DNA of 64,000 nt from Bdellovibrionales bacterium (GTDB lineage: Bacteria; Bdellovibrionota; Bdellovibrionia; Bdellovibrionales; UBA1609): assembly GCA_023299885.1 (NCBI GenBank), contig JALZUS010000018.1, forward strand, positions 2,646 through 66,645, in the 5' to 3' direction. The notes beneath the pieces are model-generated. The model had not been told where the DNA came from. It saw nothing but the letters and a program-made list of their open reading frames with translations, and made no database searches. This document shows, in pieces, positions 9,190-18,435 of this stretch. The position numbers were made by a program, and so were the translations under genes. Each line of letters opens with the position of its first letter. The first letter of the stretch is position 1.

Positions 9190-9630
9190 ATGAGCAAAGA
9201 AACTATAACAATCCAGAAGAAAAAACCGATGAGCCTTTTTGACAAGATTGGCGTTTGGTGCAGCGGCATATGCGTTGTGCATTGTATTCTACTTCCTGTT
9301 TTTGTTTTAAGCTTTCCTGTGCTCAGTAAATACCATGAGCAACTCGATGAGCTTTGGCATAGTGTATTTGCAATAGCCTCTTCTTTATTTTTTATTTTAG
9401 CTTTTTCTATGGGATACAAACACCACAAAAACATACAGCCGCTTATTATAGGTGTTATTGGGTGTGGCCTACTTGCTGTTTCATACTTTTTCCACGATAG
9501 CTTGCCAGAATACCTAGAGGTCTTAACAGTTATTTTAGGCGGACTCTTTTTAATGGGCGGCCACTTCTGGAACCATCATTGCGGCCATTGCCACCACGAC
9601 CATTCACCTATAGAAAAATGCCAACACTAA
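9190..9630 (+). CDS. MerC-family membrane protein with a Cys/His-rich C-terminal tail
   Basis: 146 aa, about 4 TM segments, CSGICVVHC in TM1 (MerC-like metal-binding motif), and a tail HHCGHCHHDHSPIEKCQH. Confidence 0.6.
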   Translation: MSKETITIQKKKPMSLFDKIGVWCSGICVVHCILLPVFVLSFPVLSKYHEQLDELWHSVFAIASSLFFILAFSMGYKHHKNIQPLIIGVIGCGLLAVSYFFHDSLPEYLEVLTVILGGLFLMGGHFWNHHCGHCHHDHSPIEKCQH

Positions 9631-9646
9631 TTTAAAAATATAGCTT

Positions 9647-10717
9647 TTAGATTTCATCAAAATTAAGCGTAATATTTTTGCTAGCTGGTTTTGCCTGACA
9701 AGAAAGGCTTTCTTTTTCTTGAATATTATCATCAGTTAAAATCCCTAAATCCTCTTGAATAACAGCACCATCAGTCACTTTACACATACAAGCCATGCAA
9801 GCTCCATTCATACAAGAAAAAGGCACATCTACATCAGAAGCTACAAGCTGATCTAAAATTGAATCATACTTAGAGTCCCAAGCAATAGTTTGCTCTTCAC
9901 CAGAGCTTATAATTTTAATTTGCGCTTGATTTGTTACTGATGCATTCGTTACATCACCAATCATGGTGCCTTCACCAAAGGATAAATCTTCATCTTTTGA
10001 CACTGGTGTCGCAAAAGACTCTTTATGGATTTTATTTTTATCGACACCGTCATTCAATAAATAAGACTCTATGGTCTCCATATAACCCTCAGGGCCGCAC
10101 ATATAAAAAGAGCCTTCTAAACTAACAACAGACTTTAAACTTGTCGGCGTAGGTCGGCCACATAGAGTTTTATGACCAGAGTCTTCTTGAGTGAAAGAAT
10201 AAATAACCTCTAACTGACCGCTATACTTTTCTTTTAAATTCTCTAGCTCATTAAAAAATATAACATCATTTTTTGTTTTGTTTAGATAGTAGAGTTTAGC
10301 ATTACTATTTGTCTCGTTAAGTACCGACTTCAAAATAGAATACATAGGGGTTATACCACTCCCCGCCGCAAAAAAAGTATACTGATGACCATTAATAATT
10401 CCATCCTCTGGCAACAGCTTGCCGGCTGGTGGCGCTACTAATAATTTTTTACCTTCAACAATATTATCTACTAAAAATGTCGACATCCTACCATTTTCAA
10501 TTTTTTTAACAGTAATGGCATACTTGTTTTCTGATGGCTCTGAAGAAAACGAATAACTTCTTATAACTTCTTCTCCGTTTATAAGCGATTTAATCCCTAT
10601 AAACTGCCCCGGCCTATAGGTGAATTTATTTTTAATATCTTCTGGGATATCAAAAAATAAAGTCACAGCGTCTTTTGTTTCTTGTCGTTTTTCTTTAATA
10701 CTTAATGGATAAAACAT
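9647..10717 (-). CDS. FNR-family oxidoreductase with C-terminal plant-type 2Fe-2S ferredoxin domain (PaaE-like)
   Basis: 356 aa with RSYS FAD-binding motif, GSGITP NAD(P)-binding motif, and a C-terminal C-x4-C-x2-C (SCMNGACMACMC) plus a distal Cys. Confidence 0.75.
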   Translation of the reverse strand: MFYPLSIKEKRQETKDAVTLFFDIPEDIKNKFTYRPGQFIGIKSLINGEEVIRSYSFSSEPSENKYAITVKKIENGRMSTFLVDNIVEGKKLLVAPPAGKLLPEDGIINGHQYTFFAAGSGITPMYSILKSVLNETNSNAKLYYLNKTKNDVIFFNELENLKEKYSGQLEVIYSFTQEDSGHKTLCGRPTPTSLKSVVSLEGSFYMCGPEGYMETIESYLLNDGVDKNKIHKESFATPVSKDEDLSFGEGTMIGDVTNASVTNQAQIKIISSGEEQTIAWDSKYDSILDQLVASDVDVPFSCMNGACMACMCKVTDGAVIQEDLGILTDDNIQEKESLSCQAKPASKNITLNFDEI

Positions 10718-10720
10718 GTC

Positions 10721-11527
10721 TTAACCTATTTCTATATCTTTGTGTTTTTTTGTTGGGCCATATAATACAGGGAGCTTTCCAGAAAAATCAATTTTCAAAA
10801 CACCACCTGGAACATTCACTACTATATTGTTTGTTTTAATTTTTTTATGAGCGCTGTAGGCCGCTGCCACAGCGCCCGTACCGCAAGCTAAAGTAAAATT
10901 CTCTACACCACGCTCAAATGAAATAGAGTCTATTTCGTTATTTTTTATATATTTAAGAAAAGTAATATTAGCACCACGTGGAGGCAAACGGTCAGTCTCT
11001 CTTAGCTGTTTACATATAAGAGTTAAGCTTTCTGTGTCCTCTAAATTAAAATTATTTTGGTCAACATCTATAACAAAATGAGGCACACCAGAATCTATTA
11101 AGTCGCCAACAACCAAACTATTATTTACCTGCTCTTTGTGGTTAACAAGCTCTTCATTTAATACTGACATTTCGACTTTTGAAAACCCTTCGCTCTGAGG
11201 TATACACTTTATAGAGCCTGATAGTGTTTTTAAGTGAAATACAGATTCTGCAAGCCCATTAGCACTCACAAATGAAGCTACACAACGAGCAGCATTCCCA
11301 CACATCTCGGCCCTTGAGCCATCATTATTATAAAAGTCCCATTCAAACTCTGAAGGGCTTAATTTACTTAGGGTTAAAAAACCATCCACCTTATGCTGCT
11401 GACAAAGATCAATCACTAGCTTTGGGTACTTGGCCCTCATAGCTTCAACAGAGGCCACCTCTGCGCCTATAAGGCTACATATAATAAAGCTATTACCAGT
11501 GCCTGACCATATTTCTGCATTTAACAT
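10721..11527 (-). CDS. dapF: Diaminopimelate epimerase
   Basis: 268 aa with both catalytic Cys motifs, NNDGSRAEMCGNAARC and ACGTGAVAAA. Confidence 0.9.
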   Translation of the reverse strand: MLNAEIWSGTGNSFIICSLIGAEVASVEAMRAKYPKLVIDLCQQHKVDGFLTLSKLSPSEFEWDFYNNDGSRAEMCGNAARCVASFVSANGLAESVFHLKTLSGSIKCIPQSEGFSKVEMSVLNEELVNHKEQVNNSLVVGDLIDSGVPHFVIDVDQNNFNLEDTESLTLICKQLRETDRLPPRGANITFLKYIKNNEIDSISFERGVENFTLACGTGAVAAAYSAHKKIKTNNIVVNVPGGVLKIDFSGKLPVLYGPTKKHKDIEIG

Positions 11528-11699
11528 GGGTTAGTTATAACAGGATCAGCCAAAATACCCAAATTGAATAGTTATCGATGACAAATTTTGTCTATTTATC
11601 ACAAGTTTGCCAGCTCAATAACAATACTTTACCTGTAATTATATGGCCCTCAACTTGCTTTAAAAGACGTAGAACTAAACACAAATAACCGGAGGAATA

Positions 11700-12704
11700 A
11701 TGACCCAAATCTCTAAACTGATGAAAACAAGCTTAATAGTGGCTATGTCTCTATTTTTAATAAACTGTGGAGGATCTTCAGACGAAGAAAAACTTGTTAA
11801 AGAGCATAACAGCCTAGCACAAGAAATAAATGCAATGGGTACACCAGACACTGATTGGTCTGAGGCAGAAATAGAAAGCTATATTGCTAAGCTAGATAGG
11901 CTAGATATTTTAGTTTATGAAGCCGATTCAGATCCAGCAATTATTGGGAGCTTTGGCAACGCTTCTGTTATCTCTAATAAAAGAGATAATGCGTATAGAG
12001 TATTAAGTGAAAAAAGGTCTTTATTAGACTACCGAAAAAAATCAGAAAAACTACAGACTATGCTTACTGAGTTTGCAACAGAATATGATAACACTTTAAA
12101 AGAGTTACAAACTATAGATCCAACTAGTAAAGTTGAATTGAATAGCTATATAGTTAAAATAGAAAAATCTAAAAGTAATTCAAAACAAATTAAAGAACTT
12201 CTTAATAACATTAGCAGACTACAAAACACTGACCTAAAAGATAAGACTTTATCTCTTTTAAAAAATGCTGATGATCAGCTATCTGAAATTGAAGAGGCTA
12301 TTAAAATACAGCTTAATGAGCTTTCTAAAGAAACTAGTGAAGCTGAAGTTAATACTGAAAAGAAAAGCATTGAATTGCTTTTAGCTTCTCTAGCTAAAAG
12401 TTCAATAGAACTAGGCCCATCTTACGAAAAAATTGATTCAATGAATCGAGAAGAGTTAGTAGCTTTATACAATGAGACCGTAAAGCTACAAGGCGATGTT
12501 GATATACTTGAAAATATGATTTCATCAGATGATGGGATTTCTCAGTCTAAAAAAGATAATCTATTAACTCTTTTAGATGGAGCTAAAAAGCAGTTTGAAA
12601 TTGCCGAACAGGACCTTACAGCTAAAATGTCTTCTTTAGAAATTAACACTGTTGAAGTTGATAGCCCTATTAAAATAGAGGGCTTAGAAGAAGCTGCAGA
12701 GTAA
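11700..12704 (+). CDS. Coiled-coil lipoprotein, function unknown
   Basis: 334 aa. Signal peptide ends LFLINC-GGSS (lipobox-like). Strong GGAGGA RBS. The remainder is Glu/Lys/Leu-rich and predicted helical. Confidence 0.7.
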   Translation: MTQISKLMKTSLIVAMSLFLINCGGSSDEEKLVKEHNSLAQEINAMGTPDTDWSEAEIESYIAKLDRLDILVYEADSDPAIIGSFGNASVISNKRDNAYRVLSEKRSLLDYRKKSEKLQTMLTEFATEYDNTLKELQTIDPTSKVELNSYIVKIEKSKSNSKQIKELLNNISRLQNTDLKDKTLSLLKNADDQLSEIEEAIKIQLNELSKETSEAEVNTEKKSIELLLASLAKSSIELGPSYEKIDSMNREELVALYNETVKLQGDVDILENMISSDDGISQSKKDNLLTLLDGAKKQFEIAEQDLTAKMSSLEINTVEVDSPIKIEGLEEAAE

Positions 12705-12725
12705 TCTAATCAACTTTTATAAGAT

Positions 12726-12757
12726 AAAAAGCCAAGCTATAGTAGCTTGGCTTTTTA
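12726..12757 (+). terminator. Rho-independent terminator
   Basis: AAAAAGCCAAGCT-ATAGT-AGCTTGGCTTTTT, a perfect 13-bp stem including the A/T flanks, directly after the stop at 12704. Confidence 0.8.
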
Positions 12758-12872
12758 TTGTCCAAAAGGGGCACCTGTAAAAACCCTATACACAGAAAAA
12801 CGCTGTAATTGCCTTTATTTACAGTTAAGCATGGCATAGTTATCGCTATATAAAGAGGTAAAGGAACGCTAT

Positions 12873-12998
12873 ATGAAACACTTAAAAAGTAATCACAGAA
12901 TAAAAATTCAACTTAAAAAGAAAGAGGTTAATTTAGATATTGCCCTCGCTTCATTAAAACGTATTCAAAAAATATTAATTGAAAAAAAGAAAAAATAA
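12873..12998 (+). CDS. Small basic protein, 41 aa (MKHLKSNHRIKIQLKKKEVNLDIALASLKRIQKILIEKKKK); not in ORF track
   Basis: ATG preceded by AGGAACGCTAT (SD-like AAGGAA with a 6-nt spacer). Open frame counted codon by codon to the TAA at 12996-12998. Confidence 0.4.
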   Translation: MKHLKSNHRIKIQLKKKEVNLDIALASLKRIQKILIEKKKK

Positions 12999-13017
12999 TT
13001 ACACAGAGGAACGTACT

Positions 13018-13104
13018 ATGAAAAGAAAAGACGCCGAGTTATCAATGTTTGCCTTTACTGCTTTTATCATTATTGGGTTTATGCTTATACCTGTTATGGG
13101 ATAA
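13018..13104 (+). CDS. Small hydrophobic peptide, 28 aa (MKRKDAELSMFAFTAFIIIGFMLIPVMG), single TM; not in ORF track
   Basis: ATG preceded by AGGAACGTACT, nearly the same initiation region as the previous mini-ORF. Followed by a strong terminator at 13124-13156. Confidence 0.4.
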   Translation: MKRKDAELSMFAFTAFIIIGFMLIPVMG

Positions 13105-13123
13105 AATTAGTTTAAAAAAGGCA

Positions 13124-13156
13124 TAAAAAAACCGAGCACTCAGGCTCGGTTTTTAT
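13124..13156. terminator. Bidirectional rho-independent terminator
   Basis: AAAAAA-ACCGAGC-ACTCAG-GCTCGGT-TTTTAT, between the plus-strand mini-ORFs and the minus-strand OMP gene. Confidence 0.75.
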
Positions 13157-13175
13157 GTTTAAGCTATAAACAAGC

Positions 13176-14108
13176 TTAGAACATTGTGTAGCTAGCAGTT
13201 AAGAAAAAACCGTGATCAACTTGGAAGTTGCTACCGTTAATGAACGGAAGTTGCTCAGCCTTATAAGCATAACGTAAAGTTAAGAACTCATTTAACTTAG
13301 ACTCTAAACCAGCGTTGATAATTACATCAGTAAGATCAATTTCGCTTTTATCAGCAGCTTCTAAAGCAGCGTCATCAGTGCTGTAAGATAATGGAGTGTA
13401 AGTTTCTACACTTGCATAAATTTTAGCAGTTTCGCTTAATTTTTCGTTGAAGTATAAACCTAATTTAACACCGTAAGAATCTGAATCGAATCTATCAGAA
13501 ACTGTACCAGTTGCACCGTCAACAACTACGTCAAAAGCACCTTCAGCCATAGTTTGCTTAGCAAAAACACCAGCTTTACCATGTAAATGTCTGCTGTCTG
13601 TTTTAATGAACTGAGCTAAAACACCGATTGACTCAGCTAAAGTTAAGATACCGAAAGCTTCAGTTGATTCAAAAGCGTCTGTTGTAGCTGTTTGAGTACC
13701 CGTGTAAGCAACAGGAGCTGCAGTCTTAACTAAAGTTTTGAAAAGATTAGTTTTAGCTTCTGCTTCAGCATAAAACTTTAACCAGCTAATAGATGGTAGC
13801 TCATGGTTGTACTCAGTTGATAAGATTAACTCATCAGCACCTTTAACAAACTCATCAAATGCAGCATTTTTTGAAATGCTCTCGTTGATTTTAAGAGTGT
13901 TCTTCCAAGCATGGTTGCCTGCAGCGTAATCTAGGTTACCAGTAAGGTTACCAGATAAAAATACTGACTCGCCATCTTGAGCTGAAGGGTTGTTGTCTGT
14001 TGACTGAACGTTTGCAGCTGCACCTAAAGATAAGCCTTTTGTCCAACCAGCGTTTGCTACTGCTGACATTGATAATGCCGCAAGTATAACTAATAGATTT
14101 TTTAACAT
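13176..14108 (-). CDS. Outer-membrane beta-barrel protein (porin-like), function unknown
   Basis: 310 aa. Signal peptide MLKNLLVILAALSMSAVANA, alternating amphipathic pattern, C-terminal aromatic ...SYTMF. Confidence 0.7.
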   Translation of the reverse strand: MLKNLLVILAALSMSAVANAGWTKGLSLGAAANVQSTDNNPSAQDGESVFLSGNLTGNLDYAAGNHAWKNTLKINESISKNAAFDEFVKGADELILSTEYNHELPSISWLKFYAEAEAKTNLFKTLVKTAAPVAYTGTQTATTDAFESTEAFGILTLAESIGVLAQFIKTDSRHLHGKAGVFAKQTMAEGAFDVVVDGATGTVSDRFDSDSYGVKLGLYFNEKLSETAKIYASVETYTPLSYSTDDAALEAADKSEIDLTDVIINAGLESKLNEFLTLRYAYKAEQLPFINGSNFQVDHGFFLTASYTMF

Positions 14109-14331
14109 AAATCGTCTCCTTGTTGTTTTGTTATTATTATTTTCTTTACTTGCTAATTAAGCTACTAGTCCTTTAGATAGTCAAGCTGACCACGCAGAGA
14201 CCATTAAGTAAGTTTTAAGCAGCCCTAAACTGTATTTTTTAATACACACAAATTGTCTATTTTTGATGCATATCAAGGCATCAAAGTGAATTAAATTACA
14301 CAATTTGAGCACCTTATAATATAATAAAAAA

Positions 14332-14901
14332 ATGAAAAACAATAAGTTAATTAGCTTTGTAGCTTTAATACTAATGCTTTCTTTAGGATTAATTGCCTAT
14401 GCCAGCAAAAGCAAAGTCAGTACTAAAACAATAAGTTCAAAAAAATACTCTAAGGAAAAACCTTTTATGAAACCATCCGATAAAGACTTAAAAGATAAAC
14501 TTTCAAGCATCCAATATAAAGTGACGCAAAAAGACGCCACAGAGCCTCCTTTTAAAAATGAATACTGGGACAATAAAGAGCCCGGGATTTATGTGGATGT
14601 TGTCTCTGGAGAGCCATTATTTGCTTCTACTCATAAGTTTAAGTCTGGCACAGGATGGCCTAGCTTTTACGACACTATTGCCAAAGAGAATATAGTTACA
14701 AAAGTAGATAAAAGCCTTTTTAGAACCCGCACAGAGGTCCGCTCAAAAAATGCTGACTCTCATCTTGGCCATGTATTTGAAGATGGGCCCGACAAAACAG
14801 GCCTTCGCTACTGCATGAACTCAGCAGCTATGCGCTTTATCCACAAAGATAAAATGAAAGAAGAAGGTTACGAAGAGTACCTTAAATTACTAGAAGAATA
14901 G
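14332..14901 (+). CDS. msrB: Peptide-methionine (R)-S-oxide reductase with N-terminal export signal
   Basis: 189 aa with GTGWPSF and the catalytic RYCMNSAA motif. N-terminal hydrophobic leader. Confidence 0.9.
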   Translation: MKNNKLISFVALILMLSLGLIAYASKSKVSTKTISSKKYSKEKPFMKPSDKDLKDKLSSIQYKVTQKDATEPPFKNEYWDNKEPGIYVDVVSGEPLFASTHKFKSGTGWPSFYDTIAKENIVTKVDKSLFRTRTEVRSKNADSHLGHVFEDGPDKTGLRYCMNSAAMRFIHKDKMKEEGYEEYLKLLEE

Positions 14902-14907
14902 CTAACG

Positions 14908-16410
14908 CTACTCTTCTGATTTATCTTCTGAAGCCTCATCAAGTTCGCTCATTTTTGGCGGCCTTAATGATGGGAAAAAGATGACGTCTCTAATATTTAA
15001 TGAGTCTGTAAGTAAAGCGGTAATACGCTCAACACCTATGCCGATACCTGAAATAGGCGGCATGCCGTACTCCATCGCTAATAGGAAGTCTTCTTCCATC
15101 ATCATGGCCTCATCATCACCTTGCTTAGCAAGGTCAGCTTGCTCTAATAATCTACTAGTTTGGTCTACAGGGTCTACTAACTCCGAGTACCCTTTTACAA
15201 GCTCCCAGCCATTTGCAACTACCTGAAACATATCAAGCTTATTTGGATCAGCATCTGAACGCCTAGCCAGTGGTACGAGTGGAGCCGGATGCATAGTTAA
15301 AAAACACGGCTGAACCATTTTAGGTCTACAGAATTTTTTATAAAGACCATCTACCAATTGACCATAACCAATGTACTTGTCTAGCGGCATATCCAAGCCT
15401 TTATCTTTAATCGCTGCCTTTAAAGACTCAAAGTCTGTGTGCTTATCTAAATCTATACCACTATTTTCTAAAACAAATTCTGAGTATTTATACTCAGGCC
15501 AATCTCCTGAAAAGTCTAATTCAACTCCTTGATAGTTTACTTTCAAACCACCAGTAGCTACCTGAACCATGCCCTGTATAAGCTTTTTCATAAAGTCCAT
15601 GTTGTCGCGGTAATCCCAGTAAGCCGCATACGACTCAAGCATAGTAAATTCTTGTAAATGAGAAGGATCAATCCCTTCGTTTCTGAAACATTTTCCAATT
15701 TCAAAAACTTTTTCATAACCACCGGCAATCAAACGTTTTAAATAAGTCTCAGGGGCAATTCTCATATAAAGTGGCACATCTAGTGCATTATGATGTGTCT
15801 CAAAAGGCCTTGCGGAAGCTCCACTTGAAGCGCTCTGAAGTATTGGCGTCTCAACCTCTAAAAACCCGTGCTCGTTATAAAAATTTCTCATAAAATGAAG
15901 TACTTTATGCCTCACTTCAAAGCGATCGCGAGTGTCCTGATTCATTGTTAAATCTAAAAAGCGAAACCTAGCTTTTAGCTCTGGATCCTGAAGACCATGC
16001 CATTTTTCAGGCAAAGGCCTAAGGCCTTTAGATAAAAGGATGCAGCTTTCTGCACCTAAAGTCTTCTCACCTTTGTTAGTGGTAAACATTTTTCCACTAA
16101 CACCTATATGGTCACCAATATCTAAATTTTTAGTAATAAATTTAAAGTCATCTTTGCCAAGCCTATCAACGCTAAGAGCCAGTTGAATTTTTCCTCGAGC
16201 ATCTTGAATATGCGCAAAGGCTAACTTACCCATAACTCTCATAGACATTAAGCGGCCCGCTAAAGCAACATTTGGTATTTCATCGTCTAATTTTTTAGCT
16301 TCAGTACTAAAGTGTGTTTTTTCAAACTTACCAGGATATCCCACCTGACGCTCTCTCCAGTTATTAAGCTTATCTGCTCTTACTTTGTAGTATTCATTTT
16401 TATTAGACAT
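14908..16410 (-). CDS. lysS: Lysine--tRNA ligase, class II
   Basis: 500 aa with an OB anticodon-binding N-domain and class II motifs (FRNEG..., GIGIGVERI) typical of LysS. Confidence 0.92.
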   Translation of the reverse strand: MSNKNEYYKVRADKLNNWRERQVGYPGKFEKTHFSTEAKKLDDEIPNVALAGRLMSMRVMGKLAFAHIQDARGKIQLALSVDRLGKDDFKFITKNLDIGDHIGVSGKMFTTNKGEKTLGAESCILLSKGLRPLPEKWHGLQDPELKARFRFLDLTMNQDTRDRFEVRHKVLHFMRNFYNEHGFLEVETPILQSASSGASARPFETHHNALDVPLYMRIAPETYLKRLIAGGYEKVFEIGKCFRNEGIDPSHLQEFTMLESYAAYWDYRDNMDFMKKLIQGMVQVATGGLKVNYQGVELDFSGDWPEYKYSEFVLENSGIDLDKHTDFESLKAAIKDKGLDMPLDKYIGYGQLVDGLYKKFCRPKMVQPCFLTMHPAPLVPLARRSDADPNKLDMFQVVANGWELVKGYSELVDPVDQTSRLLEQADLAKQGDDEAMMMEEDFLLAMEYGMPPISGIGIGVERITALLTDSLNIRDVIFFPSLRPPKMSELDEASEDKSEE

Positions 16411-16503
16411 TTTTGTTCCTTTGACTGACGTTAGTTTATACTACTTAATAGGCAGCTTTATCAATAAGCTTTAGACACAAAGGATTGAATTTTTTAATAA
16501 AAA

Positions 16504-18435
16504 ATGCTGTCCTTATGCACATCTAAGCACTTCCCCCGAGAGAGTTCCACAGTGAGAATAGCCAAAAAAATAATACTTATACTTTTCGTCTTTTTAGTGT
16601 CAGCGACTCATGCCAAAAGCTCTGAAGACTTATCAAATACTCTGATTCGTGATGATATCAATAAATTACTTACAGCAAACAACCTACCTAATAAACTTAT
16701 AAACTATGAAGTGAAACAATCTAAGGCCAACAAAGTTTTTATTGAATGCACAAAAGAGTTTAAATTTAATTTGAAGGTCGAAGCCACAACTGAAGAATGG
16801 CCCTCTGTTTTATACTATGGCCTGCAAAAGCTTGGCTTTTTGTTTCCTCACCCAAGGTGGTCACTTGCCCCAAAACTTGGAGAAATTAATAAGAAAGGCT
16901 GCTTTAAAACTCATTACTGGAAACCTAGGCTAAATTTGCGTGGCTTTCATCTGCACAACCAACACCCCAACGAATGGGTGCATGGTTTTTTCATGAACAA
17001 GCCTAAGATTGCTGAGGATTATATTCGGTGGCTTGTAAGAAATGGGCAAAATTACCTACAAATTCAAATGATTGATTTTAAAGGAAAGAAAAATATTAGT
17101 AATTTCAAAAACCAGCTCAAGTTTGCAAAAGCCATGGGGCTTAAAGTAGGCCTATCTGTTAGCTTTGCCCTTGTACAACAAGAAAGCCAGTCATTAATAC
17201 CACTCATATCAGCTATTACAGGACTAGGCGACAAACACTTCTTGAAAAAAAATATTCAGCAACTAATTAAAGACTATAGCTTTGATCACCTTATTGCTGA
17301 ACTAGGCACAACAGAGTTTAGCTCAACTCATTATAAACGTACTCTAAATTGGATGAATAAGACTTCTGAACTTTTAGAGAGCCACAATAAAAAACTCTAC
17401 ATAAAAGTTCATGTTTCTTCGAATCAGTCAGATAAAAAATTTGGGAACTTTAATTTCTTGCCTGCACATGCGAATAAAAATGTTGGCATCTTACCGCATA
17501 CAGTTTTTTTCTACGGGCTAAAAGATACAAGCGCACCCATGTACGGCCAAAAAAACTTTTCTAGCATTAAAGACTTTATGCTGAAGGAAGCTAGCAAGCG
17601 AGATGTTATTTATTATCCAGAAACCAGTTATTTTATTGGTATGGATATCGATGTCCCCCTGCTCTTAACAGATTATTTATTAGCCAGACATCAAGACCTC
17701 TTATTTTTAGAGGATAATAAAATTAATAAACAAGTTAATTTTACAACAGGAATGGAGCTAGGATACTGGCTTTTTGATTGGACCCTAGCTTTAATGACTC
17801 AGAAAAACACTAACTATAATATTGGTCTTAAACTACTTGGCGAAGATTTAGAGGCCTGGGATAAAGTCATTAATTACCAAAAAACTTATTTCAATAAAAA
17901 TCAGGCTATTCAGTCTATCACTGCTTCTAATTTAATGGATGAAGTAAACTCTAAACACAGAATACATAAAAGGAACTTACTAAAAGAACTCGAAAAAAAT
18001 GAGACTGAACGCTACAAAGAAGAAAAAATTCTAGAAGAGGCTGTCAGAAATCAACCACCCTTACATAAGATAAAAAACAAAGAACTTAAGCAACTTCTAG
18101 AAGTCACCTTCTTAAGGGTTTCGCATGCTTATTATTTAAGAAAGGCTATTAAGTATAAATCACTATTAGGATACAGGTCTAAGCTTTTAAAGAAGGCCAC
18201 CAATACTAGAGTCCAAGCCCATAAAATTATATTAAAATATATAAAAAATTATAACCGATACCCGGATGCTTTTATTTTTCAAAAGCATCGTAACCCTACA
18301 AGCTATCAGTTTGGTTATGGATGGACTGCTTCAAACTTACATTATTGGGTACGCGAAGAAGAGATGGTTAAAAAAAACAAGTATTACCCTTGGTTTAAAA
18401 ATATTTATAACCCTTTTAGAATTTTACTCTTTTAA
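16504..18435 (+). CDS. Large secreted protein of unknown function
   Basis: 643-aa ORF. A hydrophobic leader IILILFVFLVSATHA follows a possible internal GTG start at 16552. No motif recognised. Confidence 0.6.
   Translation: MLSLCTSKHFPRESSTVRIAKKIILILFVFLVSATHAKSSEDLSNTLIRDDINKLLTANNLPNKLINYEVKQSKANKVFIECTKEFKFNLKVEATTEEWPSVLYYGLQKLGFLFPHPRWSLAPKLGEINKKGCFKTHYWKPRLNLRGFHLHNQHPNEWVHGFFMNKPKIAEDYIRWLVRNGQNYLQIQMIDFKGKKNISNFKNQLKFAKAMGLKVGLSVSFALVQQESQSLIPLISAITGLGDKHFLKKNIQQLIKDYSFDHLIAELGTTEFSSTHYKRTLNWMNKTSELLESHNKKLYIKVHVSSNQSDKKFGNFNFLPAHANKNVGILPHTVFFYGLKDTSAPMYGQKNFSSIKDFMLKEASKRDVIYYPETSYFIGMDIDVPLLLTDYLLARHQDLLFLEDNKINKQVNFTTGMELGYWLFDWTLALMTQKNTNYNIGLKLLGEDLEAWDKVINYQKTYFNKNQAIQSITASNLMDEVNSKHRIHKRNLLKELEKNETERYKEEKILEEAVRNQPPLHKIKNKELKQLLEVTFLRVSHAYYLRKAIKYKSLLGYRSKLLKKATNTRVQAHKIILKYIKNYNRYPDAFIFQKHRNPTSYQFGYGWTASNLHYWVREEEMVKKNKYYPWFKNIYNPFRILLF

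Noticed and set aside
9165-9434. 89-aa minus-strand ORF opposite the MerC-like gene
   Set aside because: It is antisense to a membrane-protein ORF with a recognisable MerC-type motif and has no RBS.
11580-14285. Shared 10-mer TTGTCTATTT (11587 and 14253), small palindromes GACAAA-T-TTTGTC (11580-11592) and TTTGATGC-N8-GCATCAAA (14262-14285), as a common operator
   Set aside because: In an AT-rich 64-kb window, a single shared AT-rich 10-mer is within chance expectation. The palindromes differ from each other. There is no supporting conservation available.
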